DNA of 64,000 bases from Blasia pusilla (lineage: Eukaryota): positions 40,486,001-40,550,000 of the forward strand of contig CM114271.1 of assembly GCA_050084515.1 (NCBI GenBank). The letters run 5' to 3'. The position numbers were made by a program, and so were the translations under genes. Of the stretch, positions 28,360-40,593 are shown piece after piece. The notes under the pieces were generated by a model, which saw only the letters and a program-made list of their open reading frames with translations, was not told the origin of the DNA and did no database searches. Within the stretch, counting starts at the first letter, position 1. Each line of letters starts with the position of its first letter.

Positions 28360-31300
28360 CCATGTACTAACGTATGTGCCTATCTTGCATCCATTTGAAG
28401 TCTCGTAGCGCCTCTTACGCGTGTTCAAGATCTGCCTCCGCAATCCAAGTTGCCTCTTTCACATGGTAGCCTTTTCACTTGATCAAGTACTCGAACTTGG
28501 TGGCTCTACGTCTGGAGCACAGAATGGTCTCCACCTCAAACTCTGGTTCCTCATTTTTTATGATCGGTTGTGTTCTCAATACAATCCTTCGTTTCGGATG
28601 CACATTGTCTTGAAGAAACTTCTTCAATAATGACACATGGAAAGTCAGGTGAATCTTGAACTCATTTGGTAACTCCAATGTGTACACATCCTCAAATGGC
28701 TTTGCCTTGATCACATACGGTCCAACATACTTGGCTAACCATTTCGCAGACAATTCCTTCGGAAGAGTGAGATTCTTTACACTCAACCACACTTGTTCCC
28801 CAACTTGGAAACTCACTTGACGTCGACTTTTATTAGCATGCCTCACGTACCTTAGTTGAGCCTTGCTCGGTCTTGTCATTCTTGCATTCCCACTAGCATA
28901 AAATCCGTCATTGCTTGACGAGTGTGTGCCAATGTAGCGCCCCTCAAAAGGGCCAAGTCAAGAGGCCCTTCTGGTTCTCTTTGATACACCAGAAGAAATA
29001 GAGATTCTCCCATTTCAAAATGCTTGGTTGAGTTGTATCAATACTCAACCATACTTAGCCACTTTGCCCAATCTCTTTGGTCCATATTCACGTAATTTCT
29101 TAAGTATTGGTTCACGACCGTAGTTTAATTTTTTCGTTTGCCCATCCGTTTGAGGATGGAAGGCCGTAATAAAGTTGAGTTTGGTCTTGAATGTCATGAA
29201 TAAATGTTTCCAAAAGGCATTGGTAAACTTTGGATCTTGATTGGACACAATGCTCCTAGGCAATCCATGAGCTTGCCACCAACCATCCAAGAACAGTTGG
29301 GAAGTCGTGTAGGCCGTCGCAAAATCTCTCGTCGGCACAAACCTTCCCAACTTGCTAAACCGATCAACTTTCACAAGTATAAAATTGTATCCCTCAGATT
29401 CCGGAAGATCCGTAATGAAATCTATGCTAATTCTTTGCAAGGATCCCTCCGGGATCACGCAATTCTTCATATATTAAGCAACATCTTCCTTCATATATAA
29501 TGGGCCAGAAGAACCTCTTGGCCAAAAAAGCAAGAGGGGATTTCTCCCCTTTGTGTCCTGCCAAAGGTCCATCATGACATTCCACAAACACTTTGGTCCG
29601 TAGCTTGCCTTGGTCCATATGGATCCTGCTCTGCTTAAACCTTAGCAAGACGTGCCTCAAACTTAGATTGGCCACCTTCTCGCCCGCTTCAAATTCCCAA
29701 GGTACTCACTCGCTTGCGCATCCTTCATGTATCCTTCTTTACATGTTTGTTTCATCAAGGAAAATTGCTCTCAAGACTTGTGTCGTCGATGGCATGTGCT
29801 CATCCCTGCGACTCAACGCATCTGGAATGACATTGTCTTCCTCGGCTTGTGGATTAGCTCCACATTCGTCAATGCCAAGGTCTCATGCCATTGAATTTTC
29901 TTCGGTGTTACGCAATCCTGGGTCTCAAAATACTTGAGTGATATGTTATCGGTGAATACTCGAGTCTTGTGAAGTCTCAAATAGTGACGCCACTTCCTCA
30001 AGCAATGAATCCCCGCGAACAACTCTTTCTCATAAGTGGTACATCTCCTTTCGGTGTTGCTAAGCTTCTTTCTCTTGTATGCTATACGTCTCCCTTTTTG
30101 CACCAACATTCCTACAATCACAAAATCACTAGCATCAGTGTGCACCTCGAACGGTTGATCGAACTCTGGCAGCTTCAGAACTGGTTCCTGTGAGAGGATC
30201 TCTTTGACTTGATTGAACGCTTTATCTACTTCCTTGGTCCATGTTGTGTTGGAAAACTTGGTGGTCCAATCTATGAGAGGTTTGACTATTCTCAAAAAGT
30301 TCTTCACGTATGTCCGGTAAAATTGGACCGCTTCGATGAACCTCCTCATCCCCTTCACGGTGGAAGGCGGTTCCTATTCAGAAATCACACTTACCTTCTC
30401 CATGTCACTCCATCTATACTAACCACATGCCCCAAGAACTTGATCTTTGTCAAACTGAAGCTCACTCTTGTCTACATTCGCATACATCTTGTTCGCCCTA
30501 AGTTTCTCAAACACCGTCTTCAAATGTCGAGTCTACTCCTCTAGTGTTTTTGAATAGATGAGTATGTCATCTATCTAGATGATCACAAACCCATCTTTCT
30601 CCTTATGAAAGATGGAGTTCATCAAAGTGGTGAATGTTGGAGGCGCATTACAAAGACCGAAAGGCATTACCACAAAGTCGAACAAACCGTATCTCGTCCT
30701 ACACACACTCTTATCTACATCCGCTTCGACAATCCGAATTTGATAATATCTTGATTTTAGGTCAATCCGGCTGAAGTACTTGGCACCTGACAATCGATCA
30801 AAGAGGTCATCCATCCTCATAAGAGGAGAGTTGTTCCTTACCGTCACTTTATTCAGCGCTCGATAATCAATACATAGTCTCAACTTTCCATCCTTCTTCT
30901 TCACAAAGAGAACGGGCGCTCCATAAGGTGACTTGCTAGTTCAGATGTAACCTCTCTCTAGGAGTTCACCCAATTGTTTCTTCAACTCAACAAGTTCTTC
31001 TTGATTCACCCTATATGGCGCCTTTGAAGGTGGTTGAGATCTGGGTATCACCTCTATCTTATGATCAACCAGCCTATGTGGGTAGCAACTAAGTCGAAAG
31101 CTCCTTAGTCAACATATCTCCAAATTCTTTTCCAACTCTCTTGAGCGTTTCAAGGATTCCTTGAAGCTGAATTCTGATCTCTGCATCTTGCATCATCCTC
31201 TACTTGTCTCATCAAGCAAAGGAATCCTTCCTCTAACTCGGTCAAACTAGTCCTCGTGATGGAGTTCACCTACTCCGTCTTTCTAGGAACCTCACTAACC

Positions 31301-32600
31301 AATCTAACTTCTCTCCGTTTGATATTAACCAAGATTCTCAACCTCAAAGGTCTTTGCCTTAGTTCCACCTCATACACATCCAAGAACGTGTTCCCCACGA
31401 CTCCATTGATTCCGTCCATGTCGCAAACTGTGAAAATCTCCTTCAACTCGAATACTCCGCATCCCACAACTAGCCCTAAAACCAACTCTAAGGTCTGATG
31501 GGACTTTCCTCCAGCAAATCCTACCTTAATGGGTTCATCCGCCTTAGTGGTTGGCAATCCCAATGTTTTCACGATTCTCGGGCTAAAAAATGAGTGTGAG
31601 GCATCTGTATCAACAAGCAACATCACATCGCGATCAGCGATCTTGGATCCTACGTAAACCAAATTGGGCGTTCTCTTGGTGACATGGAGAGATGTATCTA
31701 GATCTCCTACCAATAAGTGCTTAGCAACAAACGCAATCATACTCAATTTACTAACCTTGGGCCTCACACATTCCTTAGCCATATGCCCGGATTCGCCACA
31801 ATTGTCGCAAATCACTTTGGCGTTTGCTGACTTTGGGAAGGGCGGCCCTGTTGGCTTCGCGTTCAGTTCCAGTCATTTTGTTGCAGGGGCAAGAGACCCT
31901 GAGTGGTTTCGCTCACCCCCATTCCAAACCCTCTTGGATGCCCCTTTGTTTTTTGGTAACTTAGAAAAAAATTGGCTCAAAGGGTTTTTGATTTTGGACT
32001 TCATCGTCCCCTATCCGCTCCGCTAGCCTCAGAAGCTCCCCGCACGTCTCTAGAATGTGAGGCATACAAAAGAGGTCATTTTAGGCACTCGGATTGAGTC
32101 CGCTTAAGAAGATCACCTTCTTTGAAAACTCATCCGTGGAAAGTGAGCTCATTTGTGCACTGAACTCTCGCACATAAGCGCTAAGGGATCCAATTTGGCG
32201 CAACCTCAAAAACTCCATGCCATCGTGATACTCCTAATATTCCGGAGTGAATCGGTAACCAATCAACCCCTTGAACTCTTCCCAACTCAAACTTCTTCCA
32301 CGGCCCAGATGTTCTTTTCAGTGAGCCGTCCGCCAGTGGAGAGCGTGATCCTTCAAAAACGTGACCGCTACTGTCACCTTGTCTTGCTCCTCTCCCCTTT
32401 GCGCTTCGAAGTAAAGCTCCAGTTCCATTAGAAACTCGCACACTTTCTAAGAACGCCCCAATCCTGTTAATGATGTTGGCAAATTTGTCTTAGAAAGCTT
32501 CTTTCCGGAACTAGAGGCTCCATTCTACTTGAGTTCTACGATCAGCTTGCTATGTTGGGCCATCTAGTCCGCCATCATCTTCATCAAATCCATCATTTGG
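28360..32600 (-). pseudogene. gag-pol of the chromovirus, disrupted
   Basis: [106 protein letters not shown]...EYLIK*KGY. Confidence 0.93.
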
Positions 32601-32940
32601 ATATAAAAGGTTGGGTCATTTGAGTTTGGAGCCAAAGGCCCCACGAAAATATTTGCGTTCGGGACATCCTCATGTCTGGGACTCGGCACTTTGGGAGTCG
32701 CTATCTCCTCATCTGGCTCACGCTCAATCATTGATTTGTCTCACGGCTATTTTTATTTGACTTGCGGCTTCCTTGGTTCTTCGCCCTTGGTCACCATTTG
32801 CAAGTCCTCGCTTTCTTAGATCTCCTCCTTGTCTCTTGCATTCCTCCTCAAGCGTTGAGGTCTCCTTGCTTGAGTTTTTCTCAAACGTCCGGATCTTACA
32901 CCCCAAGTTTAGCTCACCAAGGATTTGCTCTTGTACCACG

Positions 32941-33972
32941 TGTCGTGCGCCTACTCTCCTTGAACGTTAATCTTTGTTGTTGCATAAGTGTGCGTTTAGT
33001 AGGTCACGCTCTCAATGCTGATCTGCATCAAAACACGCACTCACGTTAGTCGGGTCTGGATCAATCAACGGTTCTAAATTTTTGAGTCCTTGACTTGGGC
33101 TCTCATCAAGCTCAGCCTTCATAGTTTTGCGGTGTACAACATAGGCAAGTCTTGAAAGACTTGGGACAAATTTCTGGTTGGTTCAAGAACCTCAAATGGC
33201 GTTTCGTGCCGGCAATTCCAATTTTCCGATGGACATCCAATGAGTCCCTAATTGAGACTCACACAAAATGAATCACGAGTCGGAATCCAAGTGTGGTGTA
33301 CAAAGTACACTCCCTTAATTGGATCAGGTTTGGGTTTCGAGTTCCAACGCCAAACTCCTATTCCATCCCGTGACCTTGAGACGCCGCTTGGTGCTCAAAG
33401 TGGCATTCATGTTCCAAGACATCTTGGTGAGACTCCCCCTTACTAGTACTTCTAGGGATCTCGGGGGTCCCCCTAACTCCAGGTGAAGACAGCCAGACCC
33501 CTCAAATTACCCCTCAACCCGATTGCTCTCACAGTTATTTCCGGCCAATATCTCAGCTTGTACTTATGTATTTGCTAAGATCTCTAATGCATTGGAAGTG
33601 TTTCAAAATAAGGTTTCCAAAGCACCCTTAATTGTCTCAAATGCATCTTGGGGCTAAACGTTATGGTCCAAAACACAGTCCAATTCCCCAAACGCTAGTC
33701 GTGTTCCAAAACTGGTTCTCACCCCTTTGGCAACTAACCTTCCAAGACTCAACTCATCTCAAGTCTTGGTTCACGTTTGGCCTAGGTTTCCTGGTCGCTA
33801 CCACTAACACATGAAATGCACAACTCTATTCCGCGTTTCATCTCTTGGACTTTTCCAAGAGATCTTCCAAAAGCCTCTCCAAAGCGCAATCATCGCAGCG
33901 TGAGTCCACTTGAGTTCTAATGTTCCGTTTGGCGCCTATTTGGTGTTTGTTTATTTTATGAGGGTCATAACA
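32941..33972 (-). repeat. 5' LTR of the chromovirus
   Basis: TG...CA termini, adjacent to PBS-like site. Confidence 0.92.
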
Positions 33973-34152
33973 AAACTTACCCAAAATAGTGAGTTTCTCT
34001 ATATGGCTCAAAATGAGTTGAAACGAAGGGGAAGCCTACTCTCTCAGGTTATCCATGGCCTCAACAGGCCATCATAGGCCTCTTGAAGTTGTCCTCTGCT
34101 TCCTTAAAGACTCTATGCTAAATCTCATTGATCTATCCTGAAAGATGTGACA
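33973..34152. mobile_element. LTR-like host element, right part
   Basis: Continues the alignment to 52650-52790 (acccaaaatagt...cttaaagac); ends gatgtgaca. Confidence 0.7.
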
Positions 34153-36250
34153 TAATCAATGTCACTTATGTCTTAACATTGGTAACAAAACATCCTTGGA
34201 AAGCATCCCACGCAAATATATGTCTCCCCAAAATCCATAAATTCATCACTCTCAATGCATATCTTTGCCCATCCCCATCTAGTAGGATTCAAACTCCATC
34301 TACCATTTGAGTGGTTGATGATTAGTGATAAAGAGGAAAAATTTTGAAACAAATAACATATGAAATGGGCCACTATCTAAAGCAAGTTTAAATAATCCCA
34401 ACTACCCAATACAATAGTAAAATCCTCACACGTGTAGGACAGGAGAAAATGGGTAATTTGGGTAGGGTAGTGATGTTGATTTTTCCTCTCTTAGAAACTA
34501 TAAACCCAAAACTTATTGTGGTATGATTGATTGTCAATAGCATCAAAACCCCTAAATCAAATCATAGATTGGCATGGCACGGACACGAGCACTATGTGTG
34601 GTTATCACAAAATTGGCTTGGTTATAAAGATGCAAACAATGGGATCATGAAGGTGTGGCCGTTAATGGTATTGTGATAGTAGAGACGAAATAAAAGGAGG
34701 TATAATTTTGTGACATCATTGTTAGGGTTATGAATGGCTAGTCAAAGACTCGACGACTCAACACTTATTCCATTGTAACTCGCCTCTTGCTAGTCTTTTT
34801 TGCGCATCATTTAGTGTGTTGCATTCCCCAAAAAAATTTCCCCCTATATCATGAACAACTCTGTAACATTTTAAAAACATCCTCATCAACATTATTTCAT
34901 CAATCCACACAACTTAATCTACCAAATTTTATTGCTTTCGTTGTTTCTGTTTGAATTTTCTAACAATAACAGAACCTAACTAAGACTCCATAGCCCTCCT
35001 TGAGGACTACAACATATAACACACAGATCTCTACTTGCAAAACCAACAACAAATATCCATACTCCCATTCGAAAGCTCCTAAATAGCATAATTGTCCCTC
35101 TCAATGATTCTCTCTCATTCTCTTCCTAAATTGGTTGTGCAACCACACTCTCAGATCACAAAGCTCTCTCCTATGCTAAACCAAATCCATTCTCTAGTGA
35201 GAGGCTCAGGGTTAACCATAAGGCAAGAAAGACAACAACTCCATCATTTTATGGAAGGAGGTTTAACAAAGGGAGAATGAATTCCCAAACTCTCTCCATA
35301 GCCGAGCCTTTTCCCTAGTGACTTGTGCACACTATGTCATCTCTCTAAACCTAAGCCTATATGGCAAGTCAAGAGGAACCTTACATATCAAGAAGTCAAC
35401 CATGTAAAAAATAGAGAACTTACGAAGAAAAGTAAGTTCCTCTAAATAGCCCCAAATGGACCCAAAATTGAAGGAAAACTACATACTTGGGTTTTCCCAT
35501 CCCCTCATTGGGACGACCTTGATTTATCAGAATCAACACCCAACTTCTCTATGAGCAAATATTATCTACTTCTATGTAAATGAAGTAACACATGATCTTG
35601 TCACCATGGGCATTGTTGCCACTCTTGTGCTCTCATTTGGATGATATGAAATTCTAAGTGCGAGCAAGCTCCATAGTGGGTTGTTTGGGGCAAACATAAC
35701 TTGAACCTCCCACAACATGCAAATGTTACCTACAGTCACCCCCTTAGCAAGTTTCCGTGAACCAACCGAAACTAGCTTACTATAGTAACTCTCCCTCTGT
35801 ATGAGCTTTGAATCCCATCGTTGCTCCCTTTGCAGAATTATTCCCCATGTATTTCCGTGCCATAGGATACTTTGATCCAAATTCCTCAATGAACCTCAAA
35901 TTCCTTGAGGCTCATTCCTCCATAGCCAATGCCTTTGCCCGCAACAATGTATACATCGGGCATGAAAGTCCTAGTTTGATGAAGAGATGTTCTCTTTTAG
36001 AGTTGAAAGTGGTATACCTTTGTTTGAGAACATCTATAGACTTGTCTATTTGGCTGCATTTTTTCCTTGAGTTGATCTTGTCCTCCTAACAAATCAATTA
36101 CACAACATCCTCTTGTCTCACCCCCAAATGGTTCATCCAAAATTGGATGATTCTCTCATAAAGGGTAAATCTTCTTTATACGAATGTTTGATCCTCCTCT
36201 TTACCAAGATTTACTTCATTTTGAGTCCCACCTTGAACTCACTTTATGCC

Positions 36251-36507
36251 AAAGTGGCAAAATTTTCATTATTTAGTTATTTGGCATTGGGAACAATGTT
36301 GTTACTTGTGAGAATTAACCAAAATCTTTTCTAATGCAATAATATTAGCTTAACCATGAGTTAAAGTGGCAAAATTTTCATTATTTAGTTATTTGGCATT
36401 GGGAACAATGTTGTTACATGTGAGAATTAACCAAAATCTTTTCTAAGCTAATATTATTGCATTAGAAAAGATTTTGGTTAATTCTCAAGTTAAGTTTAAC
36501 TCATGGT
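36251..36507. repeat. Local duplication/fold-back cluster
   Basis: 84-bp direct repeat (36251-36334 / 36363-36446, 1 mismatch); 44-bp inverted copy (36444-36487 of 36309-36352); 13-bp inverted copy (36495-36507 of 36353-36365). Confidence 0.93.
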
Positions 36508-37299
36508 ATCCGATGACCATGATAACTCATGGTCATCGGATGATCACCATCTATAATTTGATCCAATTTTTTGCATATATCACTCCACCATAAGCTTGTT
36601 AAAAATTCGGGCATCCCAATCCACCAAGAGATGGCTTCTATTTGCCGATATGAATGATGCTTTTCTTGGTTGATTGTGTTCAAGGTTACTTGATAGGTTC
36701 TTCAATGGAGTCTTACACATGCATTTTCTTGGTATCTGTGTCATTTCCCTGTTGCAATCTAAGAGCCCAATTTGAGAAATATCAGGAAAATCCCTAGCTA
36801 GGAGATGTTAAGTGTTCCATTCGAACATGGATATGATTCCAAATCCTTGTGAGGGCTAATCCAACCCATCAATACCATCCTTACAATTCTCCTTCCATTA
36901 ATTTTGGACACTCTTAACTCCATCTTTTGCTCAAGATGATTTTTGAGTGTAACCACAATTACATTGAGAGGATATGATGCATCCAAGCTAACTACCTTCT
37001 TCACAAAGGGAATAATTGACTTCAAGGCTAAAAGAGATATAAATAGTCTCTTAAACATGGTAGATTTTAGATCCCAATCAACAATAGGACAAGAGGATCA
37101 ACATGAGACTAGGAATGGTGGCGAAATCGGACGTAGGAAAAACCCTATAAAAGATAGACACACCCCTTGAGACTAGGCATAGACAAGAAAAGGCGCGCCC
37201 AATCGCGGGCATGAGGGAAAGGTAAGAAAAGTTGCAAACTCTTGAGCCAAGCTCCAAGTCGAGGGCAAAAAAAAGCAACACAAAAGCACTTAAGAAGGG

Positions 37300-38350
37300 C
37301 AAGATGTTACGAGATTAGTCACGAAACACAAAGGGTGACAAGATAAACGTAAGAGGCCAAATGGCACGCATTAAGATGGACACTAGTCATGAGAAGCACA
37401 AAATGTGGCATAACGAGTCAAACATGCATCCTCAACCCGCGCATGCCCTCAACTCATTGTCGTATAGTAAAATCACCCACTATATAAATTCTTCTATCAT
37501 TAAGTGTTAGAGAGATTTTTATGAGTATTAAGTAAATTAGCCTAGGAAACTGAAATTCCCATGTTTAAACCTCTTTAGGGTGACTCATTTGCGCGGGCCC
37601 AACTTAGGAAAAGAAATAATAAATAAAAGATAGGATTATAAAAGTAAAGTAGTGGGGTTGGTAATTTAATGAAACAAAAGCAAAAATAGTATTGGTTGGA
37701 AGCTAAGATAGGTGGGATAGTTTGGAAGATTCGAAGGGAGTAAAATAGGATATTTTGGAAGAGATAAGAAATAATCTACTTATGCTAAAATCTGATTGGC
37801 TAAGCCTTGAGAGGAAGCCATGTGGCACAAGATAATATTAGCCCTATTTCGTACTCTTGTGGATCCCTTGTGAGTATATAAAGAGGAGGGACCTTCAAGG
37901 GTTCATCATCTTCTACTTCACATCTTGAATCTCTCGTGTCACTCTTGAGTGTATGGCTTTGGGATTGCTTATTCTTCCAATAAGAGTGGATTACCCCTCT
38001 TGGGAGAGTAACTTGACCTTGGTCTATTCTCCGAGAGGTTTCTGGAGTGTGGTATGTGTGGAGATGAGAGACTTGTCACCTTAGATGAGTTTAGTCATAC
38101 TAGGAATAGATGATGGTTTGGCTTATTATTTTCCCAATGAGAGTGGATTACCCCTCTTGGGAGAGCAACTCTGCCAAATCCCATTCTAGAGGAGAGTAGA
38201 TACTGTTTGTCAAGTATGGATAGGGATGGATTACGAGTTGTGCGGATTTTCCTTTCCTTACTCCGTACCACGTCAAGATTTTCTTTGTAGATGGGCATTG
38301 GTTCACTCGCTATTTAGTTTATCACTTTGGGGACGCGTTCATGAACCAAG
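37300..38350 (+). mobile_element. LTR-like sequence, boundaries uncertain
   Basis: TATATAAAG at ~37875 followed by a pyrimidine tract; 25-bp direct repeat gagtggattacccctcttgggagag at ~37984 and ~38141. Confidence 0.35.
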
Positions 38351-38768
38351 TCATGCAATCTCGAACTCCAGTGATTCTTCCTACAGTCACGTACGGAAGG
38401 ACATGGGACTGCACTTTATATGTCCTTATATAGCTATCCATGGACGTCAATAGTCATGCTCGAGTAGGGTTTAACATTATTTGTGCTATTTTCCTTGTGC
38501 ACAAACGTAAAGTAGTTTATAGGGACTTCATAGTTAGGAATTTTGGGGTTCCATGTTATGAAGAAGTGATCGCCTTGGCACTACCTTTCGTGATTCATGT
38601 CGTGAGAGAATGGAGGGTTTACATAATAATTTTGTACTGAAAAATGATATATTCTTATAGAGTTTGACTTGCATCAACCACGTCTCCTGCAGCTAGAAGG
38701 TCCCCCCTTACTCGAAGAAAGGCTCTCGACATGACACCGTCGTGTGCGGGCCCTATAAGGGTATGAGC

Positions 38769-39045
38769 CAAGGTTGCCTATGGACAAAGTTTGTATGTAT
38801 ATTCCTGGATTTAAGTATGTCCTATAGAATGGTTTGTCCGTGTGGGCCTCATCCCCCCTTTCTTTCTCATCGCCACTCCTCCCCCCTCCCACTTGCCTTC
38901 ATGATCTGCTATTTCTTGTTTCTTGCTCCTCCCACCTCCATTCCCTCCCTTCTTATTGCCCAATCCGCTCTTGCCCTACCTTCCACCATGAATTATAAGT
39001 GTGGGCCCTACTTCTTGCAATCCATATCCATGAGCATATCCAAAA
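38769..39045 (+). repeat. Dispersed repeat R, copy 4
   Basis: Same motif order as copies at 24.8-26.2 kb. Confidence 0.85.
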
Positions 39046-39065
39046 TTGTTCATTCATGACCGTCA

Positions 39066-39374
39066 TAGGGACAGACTTGTCTATTTTTGTGCAACCATAG
39101 CTTGAGCCCGCACAATAGGATTGATTGCGAGCCTGCCGTAGGCTAGTGCAAGCTATGCATGAGCCAAAAAATTGGTGCGGCTCAGCCAATTTAGGTCTAC
39201 GCAGTGAGCTCACGTGCAGGCTTGGGCGAGTTTTGTGGCCCGTGCATAGCCCACACTATCCCACGACTGGCCCATAATTAGTCCCATTGTGCGGACTCGG
39301 CCAATCCACGTCTACACAATGAGCTTAGGTGCGGGCTGCGAGTACCCGCGCCCGTATGGGCATGTGTGTCCGTA
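39066..39374. mobile_element. Old hAT-like MITE
   Basis: Imperfect TIR TAGGGACAGACTTGTCTAT vs revcomp TACGGACACACATGCCCAT (14/19); related end at 25692; no 8-bp TSD left. Confidence 0.45.
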
Positions 39375-39499
39375 AGACAAACGTGTGCAACCTTGGGAGA
39401 TTCAAACCCGATTAGCACTTGACAACTTCTCGATTATCTACAAAACATGCAATTGGTCGAGTCTTTGACACTCAACCCAAGACTTCTACTTGCAAAGAT

Positions 39500-40187
39500 C
39501 AAGATCGAGGGTTTAGGGTGTGTCAAGGTCTGCAAAAGGATAGGAGACTGTTAGATCTCTTTGGAGGAATCAACACGGAGGTTAGTTGCAATGTTGTACG
39601 CCAACATACGGCTATATCGGCTATATCGATATCTCTATCTTGAAATAGATAAGATGGATCCAAGGGAAAGCATGTGTTGGGAGATATTGTAGACATGACA
39701 GTACCAAGAGTGCTAGATGTGTATAGAATAATAAATCATGTTAGGAAGATGTGATGTCTGCTATAAATGTGGCATTAGGGTTACTGCATACATTGCGTGG
39801 TCTTGGTGTCCATGCGTGAATGTATTTTATTTGTTTATGGATCTACCTGTGTGTTGGGAAGATTGGTGATGTGTGTTGTGTAGGTGTGACCAATAATGTG
39901 TATGTGCACGATTGTAGTCACATCTTAGTTAGCCAATAGATAGAGCTCTACGGTGTTAATAATAGAGAGGGTAAACGGATTGTTTGGACGTAACTTTGTC
40001 TTGAGGTGTTGGATGAAGTTGGCTACAAGTCTTTGCATTGAGATTGTCTTTTTTGACAATCTCCCTCTTATGCTATTTTTGGCATGGTGCCCCGTTGATT
40101 GAGTCACCAGTCTCCCGATAACTTATGCGCACAAATTATCATTTGGAAGGCTAGTTTTGGGGGAAGAGTTTTTGTCTCTTTCCAAAA

Positions 40188-40281
<94 letters not shown>

Positions 40282-40593
40282 TGACTCTCTTAAGTCATCT
40301 TTTTCATGTCAAGCCTTTGGAGCACCTCTCTTGCTTAGTGTTTGGTAGGAGTTTGAGTGTTGGTATTCCCTCACAGCGGAGGATAGATATAGCTTGATAT
40401 TACGTGTAGATTTGAGAGTGGAGTTGTTGTGTGAACCATTTTTACTTCAATTTTGTTGTGTGGTTTTGGTGTATATTCGTGAGTGTATTTTGTTTGTGTG
40501 TGGATCTACCCGTACGTTGGAAAGATTGGTAATGTGTGTTGTGTAGATGTAACCAGCGATGTGGATTGTGTAGCAATGTGTAAGCGCGCAATA
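39500..40593 (+). mobile_element. 5'-truncated copy of the putative DNMT-carrying retroelement: DNMT-like remnant, LTR-end copy, then a complete LTR (~39916-40593)
   Basis: Reverse-complement homology to 53720-54640; LLDLFGGINT at 39548-39577, YLYLEID at 39630-39650. Confidence 0.8.
40191..40278. repeat. (AG)44 microsatellite inside the LTR
   Basis: Directly visible. Confidence 0.98.

Larger units (their letters stand above)
26680..33972 (-). mobile_element. Full-length decayed Ty3/Gypsy chromovirus LTR retrotransposon
   Basis: Two ~1-kb LTRs, 4-bp TSD AAAC, PBS-like TGGTACAAGAGC (minus, 32927-32938), PPT AAGGAGGGGTGAG (minus, 27677-27689), domain order gag-PR-RT-RH-IN-chromodomain. Confidence 0.95.

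Noticed and set aside
34900-37060. Possible heavily decayed gag/RT remnants on the minus strand
   Set aside because: Only vague motifs; no domain could be supported by eye
40157-40348. (ER)n ORF
   Set aside because: Translation of (AG)44
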